Shown here one piece after another: positions 40,105 through 58,800 of a stretch of DNA of 64,000 nucleotides. The DNA lies in the NCBI RefSeq assembly GCF_009914755.1, contig NC_060935.1; one strand, 5' to 3'. This DNA comes from the human T2T-CHM13v2.0 reference genome, Homo sapiens. The notes beneath the pieces are model-generated. The model was not told the origin of the DNA. It worked only from the letters and a program-made list of their open reading frames with translations, and did not search any database. Position 1 is the stretch's first letter; each line of letters starts with the position of its first letter. The position numbers and the translations under genes were made by a program.

Positions 40105-41180
40105 TCAGAACTTGGTTTTTAATACTGTCCTCTAAAAAAATCATGAAGGATTCTTACAGAAATGACAGATTCTAGGGCTAGAGCAGAAAATCTACAGGTA
40201 AGCTTGGCGCTTGTTGTAGTGTGAGAAAATAAGGTCTTAAAAAAATAAAAAAGCAATACCTTCACATCGATTAGGGTACATTAAATGCACACCAGAGCCA
40301 ACAGAAAGGGCTCCTGATGGCCACTGTCAGCAAGACAATACATTAAATTCTGTGGTATTTTAACCCAAAATATAAAATAAATGTCAATGAGTTTTGTACT
40401 AACATCATTAATTAAATGAATAAATATATAGGGAAGAACACACAAATCTCCTGTTCAGAATTCCAAATAATTTATGCACATATCCTTACTCCAAGGATAT
40501 GGGATATACCTGTTCACTCCTTAAGTGCGGGCTATGCCTTGTGCCTTCCTTTCTAAGAGTACAGTATGGAAATGAGGGAAAAGGAGAAATATCTTTTCAG
40601 TAGAGAATCCTCTCCAGGCAAGGGATTTCAATTAATAGCAACAGAGATAAGTCATATTAACAGTACGTATCATTGAATTAATGTCAGGAGAATAGCACTT
40701 TATCTCTGTGGTCTAACTTCCAGGAACACATTAGCCCAATCAAATCATGAGGAAAATATCAGTCAACTCCCAATTGATGGACATTTTACAAAATACCTAA
40801 TTTCTCAAAACTGTTCAAACAAGGAAATTGTAGAAAACTATCTCAATAAAGAGGAACCTAAGGAGATATGACTACTAAATGTAATGTGGCATTCTTTATG
40901 GAATGCTGAATTAGAATATATATGCACATATGTGCACATATATAATAATTCCAATTTTAATGTGTATTATATATACATACATACATATATGTACATATGT
41001 ATATATACACGTACATACATACATATATGTACATATGTATATATACACGTACATACATACATAAATGAGGAAAACTGAAAATCTAAATAAAGTGTAGAGT
41101 TTAGTTAATAATGCCCCAATATTGGCTCACTAGTTGTGACAAACATGCCATATTAATATGTCATTAATAATAGTGAATAC
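40105..41180 (+). mobile_element. L1MC/MD-type 3' UTR containing a (TACA/TA)n tract at ~40915-41062
   Basis: GATTCTAGGGCT..., CCTAAGGAGATATGACTACTAAATGTAATGTGG; homologous to 51440-52580. Confidence 0.65.
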
Positions 41181-41414
41181 TGGATGTACCAGAATGGTTA
41201 AAATTAGAAAGAATTACAAAGCCAACAGTTGGTGAGGCTACACATCAAAAACCAACCAAACAAAAAATAAAAATAAAACTCTCATTCATTGCTGCATGTA
41301 CAGTAAAGGGTTACATTCACTTATATTAAGGGCGAAAACAAAGCAATTTTTACAGGACTAGGAGGCAGTACTGTGTTTTCTTTAGCAAGAAGAGAGGATT
41401 GAGTTATTAGAAGG

Positions 41415-41832
41415 TCATATGGTATGGATCTGTGTCTGCACCCAAGTTTCATGCCAAATTGTAATCCCCAATGTGGGAGGAGAAGCCTCGTGGGAGGTGA
41501 TCGGATAATGAGGTCAGAGTTCTCATAAATGGTTTAGCGTCATCCCTACTGGGTAATGTTACTGGGTAATGTATAGTGAGTGAGTTCTCATGAGGCATGG
41601 TTGTTTAAAAACGTGTAGCATCTCTCCCCTCCCCTCCTCCTGCTCCTACCACGTAAGACGTTGCCTTCTGCTTTGCCTTCCGCCCTGAGTAAAAGCTCCC
41701 TGAGGTCTCCACAGAAGCAGATGCTGACATGTTTTTGTATATCCTGCAGAACTATGAATCAATTAAACCTTTTCTTTATAAATTACCCAGTCTCAGGTAT
41801 TTCTTTATAGCAATGCGAGAATGAACAAATAG
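41415..41832 (+). mobile_element. MSTA-like solo LTR
   Basis: ATATGGTATGGATCTGTGTC...AATTAAACC..ATAAATTACCCAGTCTCAGGTATTTCTTTATAGCAATGC. Confidence 0.85.
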
Positions 41833-42782
41833 GAGGACATACAAGGCCTACTTCTAGAGTGCTAGTAATTATGTTCTATTTCTTGACTTGGGTGGTAGTT
41901 GTATGGCTGTATTCATTTTTTAGTGATGTATGGAGATGTATAATTGTTATATTTTCTTGAATGCACAATGTACCACCACAGAAAAGTATACTAAGATATT
42001 TTCTTATCATCACTATATCCTTATTTACAAATATGTAGAATGACATTTTTTAACTTTGTATTTGGAAATAATTTTAGATTTGACAGAATCTTATAGATGA
42101 TTACAAAATTATATAGACAATCCTTATATATAATTCTCTGAGCATTTGTAATGTGTGTGTGTTCAAGTGTGTGTATATATAACCATAATGCAGTTATTAA
42201 AACACACATTAATAAAATCAGTATTTTCACAATAGTATCAATTAAATTATAGCTTCTATTCACATTATACTAGGCTTTTCTACTTAGGCACTTTATGTTT
42301 TCAGAATTTATTTCCGGTTCCTACCTTGCATTTAATTGTCATTTCCTTTGTTTTCTATAATCTATGATGGATTCTCAATTTGTTCACTACTGTCACAGTT
42401 TTAAATATTGCTCGTCAAGTATTTTGTAGAATGTGGGTTTTTCTGATTTCTTCACGGTTATGTTGAATATCATAGAAGTAATACGCCCTTCTTAGTGCAT
42501 CATATCCTGGAGTACCTAATCTCTACATATCTTACTATTGCTGAGGCACATGGTAATCAATTAATTAAAGTGGTGATTGTTGGCTTTCTTTATGGCACGG
42601 TTGTCATTTTTATTTGTCTAATTAATATGTATCTTGAAGGAGATACTATGAGAGTATGCAAGTACTATGTTTCTCTGGGAACTTTCACCCACTGATTTGA
42701 GCTTCTATTAATCAATCAATCTTGCCTGCAACAATTATTACCATAGTGTTTGTCTAATGGTGTTTTGAATTTCCCTTATTAT

Positions 42783-43559
42783 GATAGGGCAAAGAATATA
42801 TATTGGGGGAGGGACATGTTTTTCAATAAATTATCCTGGAAAAAATGAATATCAATTGGCTGAGGAATGAAATTGGATCCCTCTCACCATATACAAAAAT
42901 CACCTCAGGATGAACTAAAGACTTAAATATCAGATCTCAAACTATAAAACTAGTAGAAGAAAACATACAAAAACACTTTAGAACATTGGTCTACACAAAG
43001 ATTTTATGACTAAGACCTCAAAAGCACAGAAAATAAAAACAAAAAAGGACAAATAAGACTTAGTCAAATTTAAAATCGTCTGCATAACAAAGGAAGCAAT
43101 CAACAGATTGGATAGACAACCTTAAATGGAGAAAATATTTTCAAACTATTACTCCAATAAAGGAGTAATATTCAAAATATACAAGGAGCTCAATAACTCA
43201 ACAGTAAAAAACAAAGAAAAACTCATTAAAAAGTGGGCAAAGCACATGAGTACACATTTCTCAAATGAAGACATACAAATGGCCAATACATAGGTAAGAA
43301 AAAATCCTCAACATCACTAGTCACCAGGGAAATGTAAATCAACATCACTAGTCACCAAGGAAATGTAAATCAAAACCACAGTGACATCTCATCTTCCCTT
43401 AGTTAGAATGGATACTATTAAAAAGACAAAAACAAAAACAGATGTTAGCAAGGATACAGAGAAGAGAGAATGTAAATTAATGCAGACACTATGGAAAACA
43501 ATAGCAAAGATGTGGAAGAAACCTGAGTGCCCATCAACAGGTGAATGAATAAAGAAAAT

Positions 43560-43606
<47 letters not shown>

Positions 43607-44110
43607 AGGATACTATTCAGCTATTAAAAAAATAATGTCATTTGCAGCAACATGAATGAAATTAAAGTTATTATGTTAAGACACAGAAAGATAAATTTCC
43701 CATATTCTCACGACTCATTATATGGGAGCTTAAAAAGTTGATATCATGGAGGTAGAGAGTAGAATGATAAATACCAGAGTCTGAGTAATTTACATGGGTG
43801 GGAGGAAGGGAAGGATGAAGAGAAGCTGGTTAATTAGTACAAACATGCAGTTAGATAGGAAGTATGAGTTCTACTGTTTCATAGCAGCATGCAGTGGCAA
43901 TACTTAATAATCATGTATTGCGTATTTCAGAATAGCTGGAAGACCTGAAATGTTCCCAACACATAGAAACAATTAATATTCAAGGTGATGGACACTCCAA
44001 ATACCCTGACTTGATCATTACATATTCTATGCATGCAACAAAATATTATACATACTCCACAGATATGTAAAACACTATATATCAATAAAAATAAATGAAT
44101 AAAAATAAAA
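42783..44110 (+). mobile_element. L1MA-like 3' portion with (CA)n at 43564-43604
   Basis: ORF2 3' end, L1MA 3' UTR ACCCTGACTTGATCATTACA, AATAAA and A-rich tail. Confidence 0.8.
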
Positions 44111-45354
44111 AAATGGGTTGGTTTTTTCTTGAAAATATACAATTCATATAGTCCTGACTTTACTAACCTATGAATTCAGAATATAGTGTTTATTTTCAGA
44201 CCTTCTGTCCTTTTTTATGCTATGGACTCTACTGGACTAATCATTGGAAACAAATTACCTCAAAGGGATTCATTAATATTTCACAGGATTCCAAGGCATG
44301 TTACTAAATGTGTGCCAAAGGACAAGCCATATATTCTTTTTTCTAGTGTCTATATCTTTATATCTTGCTACCCAGCTGTCTCAATTGATTATGAGCCTCA
44401 TGAAGTTTTCTTTCATTTGAACACATCTGTTTTTAGATTTTGATGTCCACTGATAAATTCATTCCAGAATTGGACTACGCCTTCAAAAATATGGGAAAGG
44501 AATTTCAACTTCTATTAGATACTGAAATCAAAGAAAGTGAACAGACTGTCATGATTGTATCTTAAGTAGTTTTGTGGCCAAAGAGCCACAAAACGCCTAA
44601 ATGCCTGTAAGATGCAAAGCAATTTATTTTGATTTTGAAACACCTTGGGATATAAAGAGATGAGATAATCTTTGTGGTAAGAAAATGCAGTAAAATGCTT
44701 GGTTTACTGTATGTTAGTGTTACTTGGTGGCAGGCTTTCCCCTTGAATATCTGTGGGGCTTTGTGGTGGGTCTTTAAAGGAGTGAGAAAAGAAAGTGAAA
44801 GGGTGAATAAAGGACTGACTCAAGGTTATTTCTGTTCTGAACCCTCTCAATTCTTATCAGCATGCAATATTTTCTAACAAGAGTTTCAATCTGTTGATAA
44901 ATGTAAGACAATGAATAGAGGGCAGTGCAAACCTACTCTCATATAAATTTTAATGTATCTCTTAAAACTATAAGTAGATTCCTTGTTTTCAAATCCAATA
45001 CAGGAACTTGTAGACTCAGTCGTTTTTAATAATAAGTTTATTTAAGTGGAATGTAAAGTATTTGTAAGAAATAAAAACTCCTATCATGCCTTAATCTTAT
45101 ATATATTTAGTCAGAGTAACAAATGATGTAAAAATGTATGTGACTAAATTCTTCTTTAACAAAAGGAGAAACCTCAGGTGCTGAGGCCACTACTAGTTAG
45201 AATTTGCCCTGCTGGAAACCTCAGTCAGACAGGGACTTAGGATATTACTAGTCCATGAGTTGCAAAGCAAAAAATAAAGATATAAAGAGGGCAATCATCC
45301 AAATTACATGTCAGTAAAAATAGCCTGAACAAGAATGCTCCTTGAGAGTAGAGA

Positions 45355-45400
45355 ATAAAATAAAATAAAATAAATAAAATAAAATAAAATAAATGAAATA
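45355..45400. repeat. (TAAAA)n simple repeat
   Basis: Seen directly. Confidence 0.85.
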
Positions 45401-47309
45401 GTTAAAAACGTTTGCCTCTGAGGAACAAAACTGCATGAAGTGAATACAGAGACTGGTGTTTGTTAAGACTTTTTAGTGTATTTTGATATTTTTAACCTTG
45501 ACTTTAAATATTTTGCTATTTTCACAATTAACTTGTTGAAAAATATCAATATGTGTTTGTTCACATGGACACAAATACTACTAATCAATAAAGACTTAAG
45601 TGTGTTATTTTATGTGAATTATCAGAAGAGAGTTCACTCTTGGAATAAATAAATGAAATAGAATACAATAGTATGAGCTCTGAACTCAAAGGACTCAGGT
45701 TCAAGTTCAAATCCTGTCATTGACCACTCTAGATAAATATTTTTCTTCTAAAAATGGTGATAATAAAAGGCTGCTAACCTGTCACTGGAAAACATTATCG
45801 TTGTGTGGATCAAATGTGATATTGCAGATTTTCCTTTGGGAATTGTAAAATCTACTATGAATTATTATTCTTACCAAAACCATAAAAATTTAAGATATGC
45901 AAATGTTATATTATGATGGCAACCATTGTTGGGTGTCATTACCTGGACTATATCTTGCTAAGCTCATACATGTTGTGTACATAATTGATTTCCAGATTGT
46001 CCTTTCTTTGAATAAGACTATTATTTCTATGCTACTTAATACTTAAGGCTCTTTTTGTCTCAGAATAATACCATACTATCTTGCAATATATTGTTTGCCA
46101 TCGGTTTTCTTCAGATATTTATGACTATATATATGTTAATACATTTTGGTCAGTCTCTTTTAATTTGCAAATGACTCCTGTTATCTTTGGTCTCTGGAAA
46201 ACTTTTCTAACATGGTGACCCAAAACATAGAGTCTTTTTTTCATTACATGTTTAAAAGTCCCGTAAAGTACTTATAATGATGGGCTACAATTTACCTTCC
46301 AAAAAATTCTCCTCTCTGTCTTTGAAGTGGTCCACTGCCTTCATAGAAAATGTGATTTGCTAATCCATGATTTGGTGTGCACATCCAGGTTTGCAGACTT
46401 AGCTCATATCCCTCACCTATCAAAACTTACATGAAAGTAGCATATTGATAAGTGTGAAATCTCAATCTTACACATTACTAACTATAGCACACATAAAATT
46501 TTCACAGAGTGGAATAGCACACCCTGGATACTATGAAGAAAAATTAGCAGGAAATAAATTTCCATAAATATATGGTTCATTTACTGACTTTGTCATGATT
46601 TATAGGCATTTGACAAAAATAAGAGGAAGCTGCTCAATAACTCAGTAAGTTAAAAATCAACACACCGCAAGGCAGTATACTTTAAATGTTCTTAGGAACT
46701 CTAGTCCTGAATAGTTAAGTCAATGGGTCAAAACTATAATGAACATTCTTATGATTCTTCCTTTTTTCTAATTCCCATAGTTTTCTGGAAAAGGACAAGA
46801 AGGCAGTCCTTTGAAATGAGTCTTTGAAATGAGAAAGGAAAAGATAATTTATTGTAGAAAAGTATGACTGACCTGTCTTGAGAATTAAAAAACAAAGTAA
46901 AATAACCTTAAAGAACTAGTCTTTCATATTTACATTGATAGCTATCTAGATCAATGCTACCAAATTCTGCTAACCTATATTTCCTTTGGATTTGAGAATA
47001 TGTTTTAATCATCATCATATAAAATTTAAAACTTTGGTTAGACAGACCCTCCGGTACTAGAGTAAGTTATTATTTATAAGATAATAGCACAAGTATGTGG
47101 AGTTAATTAAAACCTATTAGTTGGGCTTTATATCTGCTCATAGCTAGTTGTATATTTTGCACAAATCAATTTACTTGCCATTTTCTTCCTGTCTAAAATG
47201 AGGAAGTTGGTCAGGCCCAGTCGGGCTTTATATCTGCTCATAACTAGTTGTATATCTTTGCACAAGTCAATTTACTTGCCATTTTCAACCTGTCTAAAAT
47301 GAGGAAGTT

Positions 47310-47618
<309 letters not shown>

Positions 47619-48651
47619 TTAAGATAACTCTCAGCATCAATAGCTGCTGTGGCTTGGGCAAAAAATATGTTTACTTTATTATGATTATGGTATAAGCAAT
47701 AAATATCTTAACCTTACCCTATCAATCTTTGAAACTAAGTAGTATCTCCTTAGCAACTGAGAACGATAAAGGAAGTCACATGAAAGGCATATTGATTGAC
47801 AAAATAGATGTCTCAAAAATTCTACTACAAACTACATGCTGTGGGCATATATATATGAACAATTAAATTCAGAATTTATGTAACACGATACAGACAATAA
47901 TTTTAAGATTGATAATCTGCTTTGTATGTGAAAACCAGATTAAAAGAAACAATTGATCATGTAGAGAAAAAAACTAAAATAGGCAGGTGCATTCATTAAG
48001 CAGACAGAAGTAATAGCATGTAATGAAAGAAAAGGCAAGAAAAAAACAAAAAGTAGACACAAGGAAACAGAACACAGTGAACACAGAGATAATCAGCATA
48101 TTAAGAGAAAAAGGGCTTCACAAAAGACTGGAAAATAAAATAAGTGTATTAATTAAGTTCAAAATTAAGAAAACAGGAAAATGATTAATACCTGTTAGCA
48201 ATTTTATACAAAATGGTTGAACTTTTAAAATTTATGCTAACTGATTTGAAATCACAGAATTAAGTACTTTCTAAATGTATAAAATGGATGCAGAATTTTC
48301 CACTATAATTATGAAGATACTTTGGCTGAAAAAGATTATATATATTTCCAAAGTTCACAGAAGCGGTAAGCAGAAGTAGGGTTTGTACTTGTTTCTCTCT
48401 CATTTTAAAATATGGGTATTCAGAAAAGTCACCAATCATGATTCAAAAAGCAGAGAACATGCAGATTATTGAAAAAAATTTGCAGAAAAAAAAAACTCCC
48501 CTAAATTTTGACAGCTGAAATTATGTAAACATTTAAATATTTACAACAGTGTAATACTATAGAATGGAAAACTCATTAATATGTCTCTGCAAGTTTAAAT
48601 ATGAAATTGTGCCTATGGTTTATGAATCTTACATGATCCCAGCCATTTTCT

Positions 48652-49096
48652 TATTATGGACTGAATTGTGCTGCTCTTTCCTCCTCAATTCCTATGCTGA
48701 AGTCCTAACCCCCAATGTAACTGTATTTGGAATAGGGTCTTTAAGGTGGTAATTAAGGTTAAATGAGATCATAAATGTGGGGCCCTAATCATGTATTTCT
48801 GGTGTTCTTATAAGAAGAGGAAAAGATCACAGATATCTCTCTCTCTCTCTCTCTCTCTGTCTCTCGCTCCCTCTCTTTCTCTCTCTCTTGCTCCACACAC
48901 ACAGACAAAAAGCCATGTGAAGACATAGCTAGAATGAGTCTTTCTGCAAGCCAGGAGGAGTGCCCTTACCAGAGACCAAACCTACTCGACCTTCATCTTG
49001 AACTTCAGTCATTTACAATTGCAAAAATAGAAATTTCTGTTGTTTAAGCCACCCACTCTGTGGTATTTTGTTGTGGAAGCCCAAGCAGATGAATAT
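48652..49096 (+). mobile_element. MLT1A/B-like MaLR LTR containing (TC)n
   Basis: TATGGACTGAATTGTG..GAAGTCCTAACCCCCAATGT...TGTTGTTTAAGCCACCC..GTGGTATTTTGTT. Confidence 0.8.
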
Positions 49097-49099
49097 ATT

Positions 49100-49590
49100 C
49101 CCAATTTCAAGTTGTGTGATACTTCCCTTTGACCCTGGTGCACTAGCTACAGTGGGTTCCTTTCAATTCTTCAAAAACATTAAATTTTTCCCACTTCACT
49201 TGTGCATCCTTATTCCTCTACCTACCTGTAAAGCTATGACTCCCCCAGTCTTTAATTTATCCCTATCTTCCTTCACGTTTTATTTTAATGGCACTGTTTC
49301 AGAGACATTGTCCCTAACCCACAAATTAACTATAATTTTACATGTCCTCTTTCATAACACAAGTCTTTCCAAACCAGCATGTATCACAACTTGTAATTAT
49401 GAACTTACACCTATACACTTCATTGTGTGTTTCTCTCCCCTCTTACATATTATAAGCTACACTAGAGCCAATTTGTTCCGCTCTGTCTTCCTGTATTCTC
49501 ACATTATTTATTACAATGTTAGTGCTTAACAATATGTGTTGAATAAAACAATAAATGACAACAGATGTGAATAAATGATTGAATAAAATA
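49100..49590 (+). mobile_element. L2 3' fragment
   Basis: Ends GTGCTTAACAATATGTGTTGAATAAA..TGAATAAATGATTGAATA. Confidence 0.55.
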
Positions 49591-50017
49591 GTCAGAAAAT
49601 TAAGAACTGTAAATGTTTATTAGAGAAAAAAAAAAAGAAATCTAACACTAAAAAGCTCTTCGTAACAGAGAATCTTCCAGGTATATTCTGAGAGAAAAGA
49701 GTAACAGTTAAAATGCTTATTGAGGTTAGGGTCTGCCCAAAAGCTGAGAGAGAATGATGTCTGTCGGAAAATTCCCTCTCACATTTGTTGGGAGCTTTCA
49801 CAGCTGAGCAGACAGAAGCACAGGCTGGACTCTGGCCTTACAAATCAACACCACTCAGCTTACAAGGAGTTGGTTAGCATCTGACCAAGAAATTACAATT
49901 TTGAGTCAGAGTACAAGAACCTTATATTTGGTAAAGAATGGAGAGATGGCATATATTCAGTAATTGAAGATTTTTAAAGAATTTGAACATAGCAAGGAGT
50001 ATGTCTTGGATATGGTT

Positions 50018-50422
50018 TAACATGGTTTCAATCTGTGTTCCCACACAAATTTCAAGTTGAATTATTATCCCCAGTGTTGGAGGTGGGGCCTGGTGGGAGG
50101 TGCCTGAATCATGAGTGGATTTCTTATGAATGGCTTAGCACCATTCCTCTTGGTACTGTCCTTGAGTGAGTTTTCATAAGATCTGGTCATTTAAAAGTGA
50201 GTAGCACCTTCTCACCTGCCCTCTTGCTCCTGCTCTTGCCATGTAAGACACCTGCTCCCCCTTTGACTTCCACCATGATTGGAAACTTCCTAAGGCTACC
50301 CCAGAAGCAGAAGCTGCTATGCTTCCTATACAACCTGCAGAACCATGTGCCAATTAAACCTCTTTTCTCTATAAATTACACAGTTTCAGGTATTTACAGA
50401 AATGCAAAAATGGACTAATACA
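50018..50422 (+). mobile_element. MSTA-like solo LTR
   Basis: CCCCAGTGTTGGAGGTGGGGCCTGGTGGGAGG...GGACTAATACA; TSD TGGTT at 50013-50017 and 50423-50427. Confidence 0.88.
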
Positions 50423-51039
50423 TGGTTCTTACTCATCATCAGCCCCAATCAGGCTGCAGAGAGAGCTAGTCCTGCCCAATAGACTTTCCAAAAAAGAGAG
50501 TAAAGGAAGGGAGTAAACCAGAAATAAATGGGACATGAGACATTTATTAAAATAAAAGTGCTGTAAAGAAAACCTGTGAGTATATTCAGACCAGTCACAG
50601 AGCAAAGTGCATAGTTAGTAGAGATCTTACAATAAATGACTTATTGAATTAAACTATCATTTTGTTCCACTTATCTCCCTATGTAATCTCAGTAATGCTT
50701 TTAAGAGTCCTGTTATATAACTATCTTTTAGCTCTTTTCTTCAGAAAAATTATCAGGATAGAAAATTTTAATAATTTTCACAAAAATTACTCCTTGCTGG
50801 ATTTTGATAAAATATTAATATATGTTTTAATCCAAAATTCATTTTTTCCTTAATAATCACTGATTATTAAAATGAAGCTATGCTCACACCAATAGAACAG
50901 TGACTCCTATGACACAGATATGTGGCTAACTTTCATGTATGTGCATTTCAATATGTTTTCATGTAATAACGTAAAAGCATGATTTGACATAATAAGATTT
51001 TAATATAGTATGAATTATGGACAATGGATTAGAGGACCA

Positions 51040-51255
51040 TATGTGATGCCCTTTTACATATGATTGAGTTTATAACCCTCACACATAACTCTGTAGATTA
51101 AGTATTATTATCATCCTCATTCCACAAGTGAGGTAACTGAAGAACAGAGACATTAAGCAATTTGCATGAGGTCACACAGCTAGTAATTGGCAGAGACAGT
51201 ATTCAAATACAGGTACAGCAGTTTCAGAGTCTCTGCTCTTAAGTACTAGGTGATA
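51040..51255 (-). mobile_element. MIR
   Basis: CATTCCACAAGTGAGGTAACTGAAG..GGTCACACAGCTAGTAATTGGCAGAG. Confidence 0.7.
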
Positions 51256-51439
51256 CTGACTCATATGTAAGCAGCATGATATCAACCATGCATAATGTTA
51301 AGTAATATGTTTCCTCATACTTATTATTATGTAGGTTCCCTTTAGGTGTTAACCCTAAACCTTTATTGAGTGAACCATGTGGTACTGGATTAAAATGGAG
51401 GCATCATTATAACTTGCATTTAGCTTAATAGATCCTGAT

Positions 51440-52580
51440 GAAAATACATAGAAAATATACAGGTATAATTATTTGTGCAAATACATATTTCCTAGCTCTG
51501 CCTGCTGAGATATCATTCATTTAACATTGGGTACATCTAGCACACAGATCTTGGTTTCAGATAGGATTCTTCAATAAAGGAGCCAGGGCTCTTTAGAGAA
51601 ATAGCTGATTCTAGGGTTGGGGAGAATAATATGCAAGATGAGACCAGAGTATCTTATAGTTTCAGAAAATAAAGAAGTGCTCAATATGATGGGGATATAA
51701 CAAAGGGACACAGAAGCCAACTAAATGAACTCCAAATGGTCAACTATAGAATGTCTTGAGCAATAAAATAATGTAGCATTAAATGATAATTTATGGTATA
51801 AAATAAATATGCATCAGTCCATATTGATATAAATGAATGATTGAATTAATAAATTAATTGAGGGTAGGATGAGACAAATCTTCCATGCATGCAGAAAAAT
51901 TCCAAATAACTAATATAGATTCTGTTCTCAGGGATGCGGGGCATAACTTTCAACCCTTTAAGTGTGAGCTATACATAATAACTTCCTTCCAAAATGTATG
52001 GTATGGAAAGGGAAAAAATAAGCAACTTTACAATAGAGAAAACTGACAAAAACTGCCTTTTACTAGGTGATTAAAGTTAACATCATTAGTGATAAGTCAA
52101 GCTGATAAAGGGAACTTTTGCTTTGTTGGTCTGAAAATGGCACTTAACCTCCATGGTCATCTTTCTAGAAACACATAACCACAGTGTAATTATGAGAAAA
52201 GCAATAGACAAATCTCAAATAATAAACATTCTACAAAATACCTAACAAGTTTTTTTTCCACAATTGTCAAGTTTATCACAATCAAGAAAATATCTGATAA
52301 ATTATCAAAGTCAAAAATAACCTAAGGAGACATGATGACTAAAAAGTAATGTGGTATCCTGGAGCAAAAACAACAACAAAAAAGTTAGGAAAAAACTAAG
52401 AAAAACTGAATAAAGTATATGGTTTAGTTTATTATAACCTGCCAATATTACTTTACTAGTTGTGACAGAGGCACTATAGTGATGTAACATGATAACAAGA
52501 GTGGATACTAGGCATGGGGTAAATGTGAAACCACTGTACTATATTTTCAGATTGTCTAAAATTAAAAGTTTATTGAAAAA
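51440..52580 (+). mobile_element. L1MC/MD-type 3' UTR
   Basis: GAGAAATAGCTGATTCTAGGG..., CCTAAGGAGACATGATGACTAAAA..ATGTGGTATCCTGGA. Confidence 0.7.
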
Positions 52581-54599
52581 TTATTCAGTAGCTTAGAGGG
52601 GCCACCCAAATGACACTGCTGAGAAAACAAACATCTTACAGCAAATTAACGTGTTTTCATCACAAATGGAAATATTCAGTTGAATATGTACAGCAAATAA
52701 AAATTAGTGCACATATGGGCAAAAATAAAAACACACAAAAAAAAACAAAAGCAAAAACTCAGTTTTCATGTATCTCTTGCTCTTACTCCTCAAACAGTTG
52801 CTTTTGTAGAAAACCCGATAAATGATTTTGGGGTTGCAAAACTTTACATTCTAATATAATTCCGGTTTAAAAACCAGATTTGGAACATACATGAATTGCC
52901 AGACTATGCCAGCCTCAGGTTCAGTTATAATCTCAGTGGGTGAAGAAGTGTTAGTGAGGGAATTAAAAACAGTTTAGAGGCTGATGGTTTACCAGTGTCT
53001 ACTCTCTATGAATCCCTAGGGATGGTGGTGAGAAGAAACCAATAATAGGTTTGGGGATCTGAGGGCAGAGGAGATGTGGGTCAGCACCGAATTACATAAT
53101 ACATTGTGAAAAAGCCACATGATCCCAGAGTAGACAGGGCTATCTAGTGAACATTTTAGGGGGTATTTTTGGGAGTGTTGCAACAGATAATATTCATCAG
53201 TGGGAGACCCATCTTTGTCACCCAATCAGTGGAACTTAAGTGGCATTTAAGTAATTGGTGACAGGTAGGGAGCAGGAGCATTCAGGAGAAGTCTAAACGA
53301 ACCAATTAGTAAAGGCAAGATATAACAAGAATGTCTCAGCCAATGACAATTTTTCTCTTCCTAAAACCCATCACACCTTCACCCTCACCCTTCTACTCCT
53401 GTTCTACCCAGTATCAATGAGTAAGCCATTGTAACCTGTTTGTGATTCAGGAAATGAATAGAGAAGGTCAATTGACCAAGACTGAATTTTACATAACTCT
53501 TAGAATTGGGACTCATAACAAATAATAAAAATTACAAAAAATTAACACAAGATGGATTAAAGACTTAAATGTAAGAACTGAAACTATAGAAATCCTAGAA
53601 GAAAACCTAGGAAAAACTCTTCCGGACATTGGCCTAGGCAAATCATTTACGACTAAGACCTCAACGGCAAATGCAACAAAACCAAAAATAGACAAATGTG
53701 ACTTAATTAAACTAAAATGCTTCTGCATAACAAAAGAAATAATCAACAAATAGACAACCTAAAGAATGGGATAAAATATTTGCAAACTACACACCCAACA
53801 AAGGACTAATATCCAATATCTACAAGAAACTCAAACAACTCAGTAAGAAAAAAACACACAACTCCATCAAAAAGTGGGCAAAAGATATGAACATATACTT
53901 TTCAAAAGAAGACATACAAGTGGCCAAGAAACATAGGAAAAAAATGCTCAACATCACTAATCATCAGAGAAACACAGATTAAAACCACAATAAGATACAA
54001 TATCACACCAGTTAGAGTGGGTATTACACAAAAAAAATTAGAAAACAGGAGATGTTGGCAAGCATGTGAAGAAAATGAAGGCTTATACGCAGTGGGAATG
54101 TAAATTAGCACAACCCCTATCAAAAGCAATATGGAGATTTCTCAAAGAGCTAAAAATAGAACTACCATTTGATCCAGCAATCCCACTACTTGGTATCTAC
54201 CAAAAGGAAAAGAAATCATTAAGAAAAAAAGACACCTGAGCTCATATGTTTATTGCAGCACTTTGCACAATAGCAATGTTATGAAATCAACCTAAGTGTC
54301 CATCAACAGATGACTGGATAAAGAAAATGTGATATATACATACCCAGAATACTACTCAGCCATAAAAAGAATGAAATTATGTCATTTTCAGCAACATGGA
54401 TGCAACTGAAGGCCATTATCCTAAGTGAAATAAATCACAAACAGAAAGTCAAATACTACATGCTCTCACTTGCAAAGGTGAGCTCAGCAATGGATACACA
54501 TGAACATACATAATGGAATAATAGACATTAGAGATGTAAAGGTGGGAGGCTAGGAAGGGGGTAAGGGATGAAAATTACTCATTAGGTACAATGTTTACT

Positions 54600-58054
<3,455 letters not shown>

Positions 58055-58649
58055 CAGTGTTTACTATTTGGATGATGGGTATACTAAAAACCCAGACTTG
58101 AGCACTGTGCAATATATCCATGTAACAAAACTGCACTCGTACCTCTAAATCTATAAAAATAAAACATAAATAAAATTTCAAAGGAATTTAAAAAATAAAT
58201 ACAATCAATTATAGAAAAAATGTAATCCTTGCACATCTGATTTCTGTACTGTGATTTTATCCAAAGTTGCTCCTAATATCTGCAATTTTAAAAATCTTAG
58301 GGCCATGTGTGCAGTGGAGATGACTGATTTTTTGCTTCTCTAAACCCTATATTCTTAACCTCAGACTTACAGTGTCAAAGAAGAAGTTACGCAAAACCTA
58401 GGAGGAATGACATCTAGTGCAGTTGAAGAAAGTAAAACTGCATTTGGATTTGCCTCTTCCCCTAAGATGATCCTATATTCTTAAACTCTGAAGAGACCTC
58501 CCATAGACTTTAAGATATATTTTACTTTATAGAAAGTATTATAGCTCCAATTAAGCAGCTATTTTGCCAAAAGCCGAACAGACTCAGTAGGAACTCATTG
58601 ATGCACTAGCTAGTCATCAGATATTTATGTGTGCTGGGTCAAATTAGGT

Positions 58650-58800
58650 TGTATGATACTGTGGCCCCAATCTGAAAATTTGAGTTCAAGTTCCACATTT
58701 GCCACTAATGAGCTATGTGACCTTGAGAAATCAACTTAACCTTTGAGAACTTCAATTTCTTTTTCTGTAAAATTGAGACTGGATGGAGAGTAAAGTTCTT
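58650..58800 (+). mobile_element. MIR
   Basis: TTTGCCACTAATGAGCTATGTGACCTTGAGAAATCAACTTAACC..CTGTAAAATTG. Confidence 0.7.
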
